From Flaccisagitta enflata (taxonomy: Eukaryota), in assembly GCA_965153355.1 (NCBI GenBank), contig OZ231126.1:5332001-5396000 (forward strand): a DNA stretch of 64,000 nucleotides, written 5' to 3'. The position numbers were made by a program, and so were the translations under genes. Position 1 is the first letter of the stretch, and each line of letters opens with the position of its first letter. Shown here piece after piece: positions 54,176-64,000 of this stretch. The notes beneath the pieces were generated by a model. The model was not told the DNA's origin. It did no database searches and worked only from the letters and a program-made list of their open reading frames with translations.

Positions 54176-55109
54176 ATTTTACTATCTTAACTATGAAAAG
54201 TGGAACAATATCCCTCACTATACTCATACTGAAATAAGTGGAAGAGAGCTATTTCGTAACTGACCACGCCGGCGCCAAAAGTTTTGATTAGGAGCAAATC
54301 TTCCATAGACGTTTCTGTATAAATATTGACACGATCGTAGGTTAGACCTTGCCGGCTTTTGCTTACATGTTTACTGCGTGTTTTCTTTCTAAGCACATCT
54401 TCATGCGGTCACCAGTGGGGGGGGGACTTTTCAGCAGGGAGGTCATAGGTGTCATTAGCTTATGTGATTCTACAAACTGCCTCCATTTACTATTATAAAC
54501 CAAGTTTCATGACCTTCTGACAAGTCCCTGATAGCGGCGCCACCCCCCCCCCCCCCCATTTTTTAAGGGCCAAATGGTTTACAAAAAATTGCTCCCATTG
54601 AATCCTATGATGATTGAAGGGGGGGGGGGGTGGCGGCCCTATCAGGAATATGTCAGAAGGTCATGAAACTTGGTATATCTTTTTAGTCGCGTACTACGCG
54701 ACTCTAAACCCCGTTTTGTCGGTCCGTCAGTCTGTCACACTTTGTTTTTTTTTGGGTTTTTGCGGTTTTTGGCCTGGTTTTGCTCCTGCCCAAATGATCA
54801 AGTGACCTCAAATACGGCCCCTGCCCCCCCCCCCCGCACGCGACTGGGGTAGCCGTGTATCTGGCCTTGTTATTATAATAAATGGAGGTATTTTGTAGAA
54901 TTACATAGGTTTCTGAGACCTAAGACTTTGTTACCCCCACCCTGCGTTACAGCCCTTCTTCCCTCCTGTGTTCGTCCCCACTATGAGCCAGATCAGCGCA
55001 GCTAAAGAAAATTCCCATGTTTACCCAGCCTCTTACCACCCAGCAACCACCCCAAGAGGCTCAAACCGCCTTTTTATATCCCCCACCTGCCTATCTTTCT
55101 CCAATGCAG

Positions 55110-55257
55110 GGAGGAAGAAGAAACTTACATCGTGTTCTCTGAGAGCGTTGATCCTAAAACGATGAAGCCCAAAGAAGGATCAGCGGCAAAAGTCTCCTCT
55201 GGACTGAAAGCGTTTAGGACGGTTTGGACCAACGACAGCGCAATCGACAATGATCAG
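55110..55257 (+). CDS. ZNF598: ZNF598 exon 8 (EEEETYIVFSESVDPK...VWTNDSAIDNDQ)
   Basis: atgcag acceptor, cag|gtaaat donor, phase 2-0; open frame. Confidence 0.72.
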
Positions 55258-56671
55258 GTAAATGACAATGAACTAAGTCAAGCTGAGAGTCGCGTTCAGG
55301 AGGGTATGGACCAACGGCAGCGCAATCAACAATGATCAGGTAAATGACAATGAATTAAGTCGAGCTGAGAGTCGCGCTAAGGATGGTATGGACCAACGAC
55401 AGCGCAATTGACAGTGATCAGGTCAATGATGAACTAAATCGAGCAGAGAGTCACGTTCAGGACTGTTTAGACCAACGACAGCGCAATCGACAATGATCTG
55501 GTCAATGATGATGAGCTAAGTCAAGCTGAGAGTCGCGTTCAGGAAGGTTTAGACCAACGACAGCGCGATCGACAATGATCAGGTAAATGACAATGAACCA
55601 AGTCGAGCTGAGAGTCGCGTTCAGGATGGTATGGACCAACGACAGCGCAATCGACAATGATCAGGTCAATGATGAACTAAGTCGAGCAGAGAGTCACGTT
55701 CAGGACTGTTTAGACCAACGACAGCGCAATTGACAATGATCTGGTCAATGATGATGAACTAAGTCAAGCTGAGAGTCGCGTTCAGGAAGGTTTGGACTGG
55801 CAACAGTGCAATCGACAATGATCAGGTAAATGACAATGAACTAAGTCGAGCTGAGAGTCGCGTTCAGGATGGTATGGACCAACGACAGCGCAATCGACAA
55901 TGATCAGGTCAATGATGAACTAAGTCTAGCAGAGAGTCGCATTCAGGAAGGTTTAGACCAACGACAGCGCAATCGACAATGATCAGGTAAATGACAATGA
56001 ACTAAGTCGAGCTGAGAGTCGCGTTCAGGATGGTATGGACCAACGACAGCGCAATCGACAATGATCAGGTCAATGATGAACTAAGTCGAGCAGAGAGTCA
56101 CGTTCAGGACTGTTTAGACCAACGACAGCGCAATTGACAATGATCTGGTCAATGATGATGAACTAAGTCAATCTGAGAGTCGCGTTCAGGAAGGTTTGGA
56201 CCGGCAACAGTGCAATCGACAATGATCAGGTAAATGACAATGAACTAAGTCGAGCTGAGAGTCGCGTTCAGGATGGTATGGACCAACAACAGCGCAATCG
56301 ACAATGATCAGGTCAATGATGAACTAAGTCGAGCAGAGAGTCACGTTCAGGATGGTTTGGACCAACGACAGCGCAATCGACAATGATCTGGTCAATGATG
56401 ATGAACTAAGTCAAGCTGAGAGTCGCGTTCAGGAAGGTTTGGACCGGCAACAGTGCAATCGACAATGATCAGGTAAATGACAATGAACTAAGTCGAGCTG
56501 AGAGTCGCGTTCAGGACAGTTTGGACCAACAATAGCGCAATTGACAATGATCAGGAAAATGACGATGAACTAAGTCGAGCTGAGAGTCGCGTTCAGGACG
56601 GTTTTGACCAACGACAGCGCAATCGATAATGATCAGGTAAATGACGATGAACTAAGTCGAGCTGAGGTCGC
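55210..56671 (+). repeat. 79/82-bp tandem repeat x18 spanning the ZNF598 exon 8 donor, with 243-bp higher-order unit
   Basis: 18 gatc[a/t]g|g[t/a] junction copies from 55257 to 56636. Confidence 0.95.
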
Positions 56672-56904
56672 ATGTGAGTGTAGAAGTGAGCTATAGCTAC
56701 CAAAAGAACTAAGCGACTGCCGACCAACCGCTTAAAGAAAAGCAAAATGTTTTTCTGTCAGAACCTAGAGGGTATGTCCGTCTGTCCGTCCGTCGTTCGG
56801 CCAGTTCAACATGCATGTTCTTATTAATGGTCGGAGTTGATTCATTCACAAGGAGATATGTCTTTCTAATTTTCCACGACTCTTTTATCTCATCTAAATT
56901 TTAG

Positions 56905-57075
56905 GCGGCCTTTCCTACGTTGGGTGAGAGTTTACAACCGAAGAAAAAGCCCGAGCCACCTCCAAAAGAAACGCCCACATCCAAACAGCAAAACTCAGGC
57001 TGGACTCTGGTCGACGACGACGATGACGACCATCCCTGGTCTCAACCACAACAACCACAACCACAACCCAAAAAC
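56905..57075 (+). CDS. ZNF598: ZNF598 exon 9 (AAFPTLGESLQPKKKPEPPP...QPQPKN); ends at gtgagt donor, or reads on to TAA at 57093
   Basis: ttttag acceptor in phase 0; second FPTL motif; c|gtgagt donor. Confidence 0.7.
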
Positions 57076-57821
57076 GTGAGTACAAGATTGTAACCCCATC
57101 CAAAAAACGATCTAACGTGATCATAATCATAACCAGAGGGCGTGAGTGAATGGCCATCTCTGACCGCGTCGATAATCTGAAAGCGTGTTTTCATTCACAC
57201 TTCATGAATGGGCACGTTATGTTTAAAATGAAAATGCACAAGCCACAAATCATTCGCTATCTGCTTGTCTGTCTCTCTCTGCGTCTAGCTTTGTTTCTCT
57301 ATGTTAGTCGCTCTACCCGTTTTTCTGTCTGTGTCTCTCTCAGAAAGTTTGTTTGTTTGTCTGACTCTGTGTATGAGTGCGAGCGGTTGTCTGTCTGTTT
57401 CTATTTTTGTATGACTCTGTCTCCCGTCGTTCTCAAAAAACGGATATACATTTTGAAATTTGGAAATCGTCCACAAGTTGGTGCCCTCACGACCACAACC
57501 ACCGCTATCTTGAACCGCAAGCTGACTTGCATCCTGACTCATGCGCAGAAAAATGAAATGGAGAATGCGTATGGTAGATAGGTTGTACAAAAAGCGATAA
57601 CAGGCAGTTATAACATATCGGTAATATCGGCAAAATAAGCATGTACCAGTTAAAGCTTTCACACTTAATACAAGGGTTTTGGTTTTTTGTAATTGAAGCG
57701 TGCCTATTGTTAGAGATATTATTATTTCCCTAAATTTTTAAGGAGTATCTTTTTGTCGTTTTGTCGTTGTGGTAATTGTTTTTGTTTTAAGGAGACTGTT
57801 GTTGTTCTTGTTGACTAGTTT

Positions 57822-58229
57822 CTAAGAATCTCGCGCCTCTCCGTTCTCTGATCGTATATGTGCATCGTCTATGGCGATCTTCGGCGGTGGGAGTTGGGTT
57901 GTTTCGTCTCCATCTATCTTCCCGTTCACTGGTTGGTCATCGCCATCTTTAGGCCTCACATGCCCATTTTCCTTCACCACCATCTCCCCGTCATCGCCCT
58001 CTGTCGGTACAAAATGTCCATTCTTGGCGCTCTCTTTCGGCCCCACGTGTCCATTCTGTTCGCCCTCTGTCGATACCAAGTGTCCATTTTCCTTCACCTC
58101 GACATGCCTCTCATTGACATCATCTTTCCGCTCCGCATCTCCGTTTTCTCCCTCTCCGTCCTCGTGGCCCGTGGAGCCCTCGGCTGCCGTACTTTCCGCT
58201 TTGTCCAAGTGGTGTTGATACTTGTACAC
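57822..58229 (-). CDS. TRIM2/3-like last exon (VYKY + ~130-aa acidic tail), TAG stop
   Basis: aacag acceptor, phase 0; completes HCFK-VYKY; 135-aa open frame. Confidence 0.85.
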   Translation of the reverse strand: MYKYQHHLDKAESTAAEGSTGHEDGEGENGDAERKDDVNERHVEVKENGHLVSTEGEQNGHVGPKESAKNGHFVPTEGDDGEMVVKENGHVRPKDGDDQPVNGKIDGDETTQLPPPKIAIDDAHIRSENGEARDS

Positions 58230-58350
58230 CTGTTTTATAAATTGTCAATTGATAAAAGCCGGTTTAACATCTTTCTTGACAAACTTTTTCTTCCATTCTG
58301 ACTTGATTGATTAGCAAGGATTTGGCAGCGATTAATTCTTTTTGCCTTAC

Positions 58351-58413
58351 CTTGAAGCAATGATTTCCGCTGTCTGCCACTACGATATTGCCGTTAGATG
58401 TCACCGCGACTCC
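58351..58413 (-). CDS. TRIM2/3-like exon (GVAVTSNGNIVVADSGNHCFK)
   Basis: ttccag acceptor, aag|gtaagg donor; VVADSGNHCFK last NHL repeat. Confidence 0.92.
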
Positions 58414-58613
58414 CTGGAAAGAATTGCGAAATTCCAGATTTACCCACTTTTTATGTTTCATAGAAAAGAAAAGAAAAGAGAAAAGACTTGTATGTCACGC
58501 ATGATAAAATTGATGAAGATCGCACTTAGACATGAAAAGAATTGGTGTTGTTGGTGAAATGGTCCGATAAAACAGAATGAATAATTGGATATTCACACAG
58601 CAAAAACGTCTAC

Positions 58614-58682
58614 CTGCGGTCCATATAAGGGGTCCAATGATGTGTTCAGCCGGAACAAGTGTTTGCCGCCTTTTGAAAAAAC
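58614..58682 (-). CDS. TRIM2/3-like exon (VFSKGGKHLFRLNTSLDPLYGPQ)
   Basis: ttag acceptor, cag|gtagac donor; NTSxDPLYGPQ is a TRIM2/3 signature. Confidence 0.9.
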
Positions 58683-59160
58683 CTAACCGGATAGATAGAA
58701 TCAATCTATTCAATAAGCATATTATTCCTGAGCAATGTTTAGTTGTAAACTGATTCATCACATTTGCATTTGAAGGAATGAAAATGTTTTTAGATGCGTC
58801 CTCGCATCTCTATAAGAGGGTCTGTCCGTCCGTCCGTCCGTCCGTCCGTCCGTCCGTCCGTCGGTCGGTCCGTCGGTCGGTCGGTCCGTCCGTTACGCTT
58901 TCTTGGAAATCGCGTTTTTCGGCTATTTTAGGCCTCGGTGAGATCCTCTACTGAATCAAATGATCGACAAACATATTTTGAGAGCCTCCTTTACTACTCA
59001 GTCGTTCATCAGTCAGTTCGTCCATCTGTCAGTTCGTCCATCTGTCTCTATTCACGTCACATGTTCAATACACGCAGAGACACAGTCCGGACGCATCTTT
59101 GCCCGGTCGGGCTTGTTCTTTTTCATCACGTATGTCTTTGAAATGATCAAGTGACTGAAC

Positions 59161-59308
59161 CTGTACTGAGTCTGCGAGCCAATCGGCGACTACGATGCGA
59201 TCTTGTTGGTCGACGGCAACGCCGGTTGGATACGCCAGAATGCCCGGCACGTACCCTCCCAACTTGGAAGTGAATGACATGCCCGAACAGAGCCCATCGC
59301 TGGACCGC
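59161..59308 (-). CDS. TRIM2/3-like exon (RSSDG...GILAYPTGVAVDQQDRIVVADWLADSVQ)
   Basis: cgccag acceptor, cag|gttcag donor; PTGVAVD...I.VADW NHL repeat. Confidence 0.85.
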
Positions 59309-60026
59309 CTGGCGAAGGGTGGTGACAAAGGGTGGTATCGAAACAGCGTAAGAAGGGTGAGCGGCGCAACTGTTTTTGTGCCCCTGCCGACTCGAATTAC
59401 TGCTCCTGCCTCCTCCCCATTCGCATTTTTGTGGCTGCCCACCCGCAAGCGAATACTCATTGTTCCGGCATCCGGCCTCGGTATACCGTGTGCGAGGAAT
59501 CGGTGCTTAAGGATTTGAAATTTATTTTTTTGATTTTACCTGTGACAATTTACATTTCTAGAATTGATTTTAAAAAAAAAAACGCCTTTGATCTTCCCGC
59601 ATGGAGAGAGAGAAGGTTCCCCCGCTTTGTTTTAAAACACACATAAAACCAGTTATTTTTGCTTTTACCGGCAGTAGCTACAGTTATGCCTTTTTTATAT
59701 CGTTAATGAGGGAAAGAATGTTTTTGCCCTTTATATTCTCTATTGCAACCCATGCCGTCGCGACGGTTGCGTTTGCCTATTTTAGTCACTGGGAACATGT
59801 TAGCGGGTGGGATTTACGATATGAAAAGTGGAAAAATCCCTCACTATACCCAAACTAAAATATATGAAAGAGTTTTTGTGCACCTTCATTTACTGGTTTT
59901 CCATTAAATGTTTGAGCATTACCCAAAACAAAACTCAAACCAAAAGGAGTCAAAAGCCAATCAATTTCTCCCACCTTGCCGAGGCTAACAAGCGTACCCA
60001 TGTCTTAATTCTTGTCCTATTGTTAC

Positions 60027-60201
60027 CTGGCCGTCCACGAGGATCCGCTGTTGGCGGTAAAGGCGGTGGTGGCGCTTCTGCCCGCGCACGAGTTGGCCGT
60101 TTGATGCGAGTGCGAGCGCGAGAAGAGAGGACTGGGCCATGATGACGTCATTGTGGAAGCCGAAGCCAATCCGCTGCGTGGTCGCGGTGGTTTGCTCGAC
60201 C
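60027..60201 (-). CDS. TRIM2/3-like insertion exon (GSSKPPRPRSGLASAST...SGSSWTAR)
   Basis: gtcag acceptor, ag|gtaaca donor; its phase 1-2 is needed to join the phase-1 upstream exon to the phase-2 downstream exon; GC-rich island. Confidence 0.72.
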
Positions 60202-60629
60202 CTGACATGTTTTTTATCAAATTATGTGATTTTATCAAATTATGTAAGGTCGCGTTGATGCTAGATAGGTCTTTTGGTGTGGCGACTCACAGATAGTCTG
60301 TCTCCACTCAGTTTTCTCAACATTTGCAAATATCACAGTTTTTCACATCTCCTCCTGCGCATTTATCCTCCTACGCGCGGCTCACCAAACTCATATTTTT
60401 ACTTTATTTTCATGAAAGCAAGAATAATGGGACGCTTTTTTACCCATCTAGCTGGTGCAATGTCTCCTTTGACTGATTTACAGGGCGCTGTTGTTGTTTT
60501 TGTGTTTTTTATTATGGCCTCCTTTTCACTTTCAATTCCTCTTCACTCTATGCCTCCTCCTTCCCATTTATCGCTACATCCCTTAGGGCTACGTTCCTTA
60601 GGGCGTTGCTGTTTAGGGCGCGGAATGGC

Positions 60630-62192
60630 CTTTCCATCTCCGTTGGTGTGGTTTGTGTTGATGGCAGTGGCGTGAAATGTTCTAACCATTGTTTCTACAG
60701 GTGAAAATTGGGCAATGCCGTATTGGTTATGACTTTTGTCCATACGGCGGTAATCACCATAGCTACTAGTGCCGTTGAAAGTTTGTTGTTGGGTTCTTTG
60801 TCTTACCATCTCTTTCAGCTTTATTATACTTTATCTGGTTACGTCGGTGTTGGTGGTGTTGTGGAATGTTTGTTGCGACTAATGCTAAGTCTTATCTCTC
60901 TCAGCCTTGTTTGTTGCATGTTGCATTGGTGGTAGAAAAGTTGTTGTGACCAATGCCTTATTTTACCATCTCTCAGCTTCATTAGTAGGGTTGGTGGTGG
61001 CATGGAATGTTGTGACCAATGCTTTATCGTACTCTTTTTAGTCGCGAACTAGCGACTCTATAAGAGGCTTGGTCCGTCCGTCGGTTGGTTGGTCGGTTGG
61101 TTGGTTGGTCGGTCGGTTGGTCCGTGGTGATCGAGTTGAGAGAGTGCGAAAACGCGGATTTCCGCCCCTGCCCACCCGTCCGCGACTGGTATTGGCCGTG
61201 TATCCGGCCTTGTTCTTTACTTCAATGGTTGCGTTTGAGGTGGCGTGAGATGTTTGTTGTGACCAATGCTTTATCTCACCATCTCTCTCTACTTCATTTG
61301 CTGTGTTGGTGGTGGCGTGGAATGTTTGTTGTGACCAATGCTTTATCTTACCATCTCTCTTCTTCATTGATTGCGCTGGTGGTGGTGTTGAATGTTTGTC
61401 ATGACCAATGCTTTATCTTACCATCTCTCTCTACTTCATTTGTTGCGTTGGTGGTGGCCTGGAAGGTTTGTTGTGACCATTGCTTTATCTTACCATCTCT
61501 CTCTACTTTATTTGTTGCGTTGGTGGTGGCCTGGAAGGTTTGTTGTGACCATTGCTTTATCTTACCATCTCTCTCTACTTCATTGGTTGCGTTGGTGGTA
61601 GCGTGGAATGTTTGTCGTGACCAATGCTTTATCTTACCATCTCTCTCTACTTCATTGGTTGCATTGGTGGTGGCGTGGAATGTTTGTTGTGACCAATGTT
61701 TTATCTTACCATCTCTCTCTACTTCATTGGTTGCATTGGTGGTGGTGTGGAAGGTTTGTCGTGACCAATGCTTTATCTTACCATCTCTCTCTACTTCATT
61801 GGTTGCGTTGGTGGTGGCGTGGAATGTTTGTCATGACCAATGCTTTATCTTACCATCTCTACTTCATTGGTTGCGTTGGTGGTAGCGTGGAATGTTTGTT
61901 GTGACCAATGCTTTATCTTACCATCTCTCATCTTCATTGATTGCGTTGGTGGTGGCGTGGAATGTTTGTTGTGACCAATGCTTTATCTTACCATCTCTCT
62001 CTACTTCATTGGTTGCGTTGGTGGTGGCGTGGAATGTTTGTCGTGACCAATGCTTTATCTTACCATCTCTCTACTTCATTGGTTGCGTTGGTGGTGGCGT
62101 GGAATGTTTGTCATGACCAATGCTTTATCTTACCATCTCTCTCTACTTCATTGGTCGCGTTGGTGGTGGCGTGGAATGTTTGTTGTGACCAG
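60630..62192 (-). repeat. ~72-bp tandem repeat spanning the donor of the TRIM-like exon 62256-62134; 13 clear copies plus degenerate ones, interrupted by a HINE-like element
   Basis: gatg|gtaaga(minus) copies at 62132, 62062, 61990 ... 61350, and gtgaga at 61278. Confidence 0.92.
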
Positions 62193-62256
62193 TGGTTTCT
62201 CCTCCTCGCCGGCGAGGAAGTGGGAGAGCAGAAAGACGATTCTGGCCTTTTTCTTC
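62134..62256 (-). CDS. TRIM2/3-like insertion exon (GRKRPESSFCSPTSSPARRRNHWSQQTFHATTNATNEVERD)
   Basis: strong tttcag acceptor, g|gtaaga donor, phase 1-1, open. Confidence 0.65.
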
Positions 62257-62693
62257 CTGAAATATCGGAAATAAAAAGAAGAGAAAAAAAAGATTAAAAA
62301 AAAGAAAGGCAAACTGCGCTGAGTAAACATGACGCAGAGACGAGGTGGAAAACAAATTGATATTGTCTCTTGGTGCTGGGGAACAAGGATGGGTTGGGGT
62401 TCTGAAGTGATAGTCATGCCGGGGAAGAAGGTGATGAAAATGCTGAGCACATGTTATTTCTTAAAAGTTATTTTTTAAATGCAATGTATCTCTCTCTCCG
62501 TGGGTTACTGAAGCGGATTATGACGTAGGAATACCAAGCTGAAGAAATTTGTGAATATTGAAAATACTACCACTTTAAAAGAAAAGAAACTATAGCGCTT
62601 GGTAGAGGCTAGAAGCTATATGAATTTTACACGTGCATGTGTGGAAAAAACTGTCGTCGGAAATGTTTCCATGTTTGTGGTCAAATGTTGCAC

Positions 62694-62783
62694 CTGAGAC
62701 GCTTCCGGCGGATGGAAATCGTTTAGTCGCCGGTGTTTGTGACCCTCGACCTCGACTCACATACGGGGAACTCGCAGCAGAAG
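62694..62783 (-). CDS. TRIM2/3-like insertion exon (ASAASSPYVSRGRGSQTPATKRFPSAGSVS)
   Basis: long pyrimidine tract + catcag acceptor, g|gtgcaa donor, phase 1-1, open; no homology support. Confidence 0.6.
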
Positions 62784-63424
62784 CTGATGAAAATCCCAAA
62801 CGGACCGGAAAGGAAAGGGAAAGTGAGAGAGAATGACAAAATCTGACTGATTGCCTGGTCAAAATATGAATCACACGAACAAGCATCTCTTTCGCATCCA
62901 AACAGTGATGAACAAGGCCGGATACACGGCCATCAGTTGCGGACGGGTGGGCAGGGGCGGAAATGCGCGTTTTCCCACTTTTCGACTCGATGGTTACGGA
63001 CCGACCGACGGACGGACAAAGCCTCTTATAGAGTTGCGTGTCCGCAACTAAAAAGGCTAACCAAGGATTTTGGCAAGTGCGGCGATGCGAAAATGAATGC
63101 TGAATAAGCAAAAACAAACTAACAGACCGGCGGACCGACTACCGAAGTCGCGTGCGGGTGGGCAGGGTCCATATTTGAGATCACCATTTGGGTAGGGGCA
63201 GTGAGGTAAAAAAAAAATCATTAAAAAAAGTAAAGTGTGACTGACTGACCGACCAACCGACCGACCGACGGACAAAGTGGGTTGTAGAGTCGCGTGCACG
63301 CGACTAAAAATGGGGGAAAGTGACTGATGATTGCTTTGGCACGGCAATGTCAACATTGCAACATTTCCGTTTCCCCAATCACATTCTGGCCTATCCCAAC
63401 TTTGAATGACCAATGATCATTTAC

Positions 63425-63515
63425 CTGTTTCTATGGAAGTTGTCATCGCGTTCGCTTTCAATTCATCTTCTTGATGACCGAATGCAAATTTGAAGTCTCC
63501 ATCGATCGAGAAAAC
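63425..63515 (-). CDS. TRIM2/3-like exon (VFSIDGDFKFAFGHQEDELKANAMTTSIET)
   Basis: cag acceptor, g|gtaaat donor; VFSxDGxFxFxFG NHL strand. Confidence 0.88.
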
Positions 63516-63639
63516 CTGACGAGGTTGTTGTAAGATGACGATTTCATGACTGACGTGCCAATTTTCGCTATCAAAGTACGTTGGTCAAAGACATGATGTG
63601 CAAAAAAAACTTTATAGTCTTTGTCCCCCTTGGTTTTAC

Positions 63640-63789
63640 CTTGATGCAGTGGTTGTGAAAATCCGAGACTATGATATCGTTATCACTGTTGACCGCGACG
63701 AAATGCGGCCCCGCAAATTGATGATCTTTCACTCCTCGGGACCCAAATTTGTGGATCAATCGTCCATTGGCGGCGTTGTACACAAAAAC
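63640..63789 (-). CDS. TRIM2/3-like NHL protein exon ([50 protein letters not shown]); upstream exons lie outside the window
   Basis: AG/GT boundaries, phase 0-0; FGSRG...[11 protein letters not shown]...DFHNH matches TRIM2/TRIM3 NHL repeats. Confidence 0.93.
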
Positions 63790-64000
63790 CTAGAAAAACA
63801 TTAAAAGACACTGAAGTAGAGCAATCACGTTCGATAAAACTAATTTTGTTTTGTCTTTGTAGTTTTATTTTCGACACAGCAACTTCAGTTGTACAGTTAT
63901 GCCCCGTTTTCATGGACTCAAGAGTAAAGGAAACAACTCTCTCCAGATAATTTTATTTCGCTTTTGATTTCTTTTATTGGCAAAAATAGGAATCCCTTTG

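Noticed and set aside
55210-56671. CRISPR-like appearance of regularly spaced repeats (also 40795-41410, 61213-62192)
   Set aside because: Whole units repeat with no unique spacers, there are no cas genes, and the context is eukaryotic introns
59309-59460. N-terminal part of ORF 59065-59460 as coding
   Set aside because: Resembles a decayed HINE-like repeat; a phase-compatible acceptor lies at 59309-59310
61085-61885. 266-aa hydrophobic + strand ORF
   Set aside because: Antisense reading of the 72-bp repeat plus a HINE-like element

Overview
Repeat-rich genomic DNA from an animal with spliceosomal introns (GT..AG), probably an invertebrate; the species cannot be identified from the sequence. 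Four genes were reconstructed by hand with consistent splice phases. (1) The 3' part of an ADAR2-type RNA adenosine deaminase (+, 7 exons, 1283-16768). (2) A complete MTFP1/MTP18 (+, 3 exons, 37975-39601, 158 aa). (3) ZNF598/Hel2-like RING E3 (+, 9 exons, 40702-57075, about 480 aa so far, apparently unfinished). (4) The 3' part of a TRIM2/3-like NHL protein (-, 9 exons, 63789-57822) with an ~160-aa insertion in the propeller. Introns and intergenic DNA are filled with palindromic MITEs, a 3.5-kb foldback element with TTAGGG-derived arms, many DINE-1/HINE-like elements, minisatellites and microsatellites. The most striking pattern is that five different exon 5' splice donors, in three genes, are each the seed of a tandem array straddling the exon/intron junction (56 bp x11, 79/82 bp x18, ~72 bp x13+, 51 bp x3, ~60 bp x6). 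This creates stacks of decoy or alternative donors, many in AG|GT form. Most long ORFs in the supplied track are repeat artefacts.
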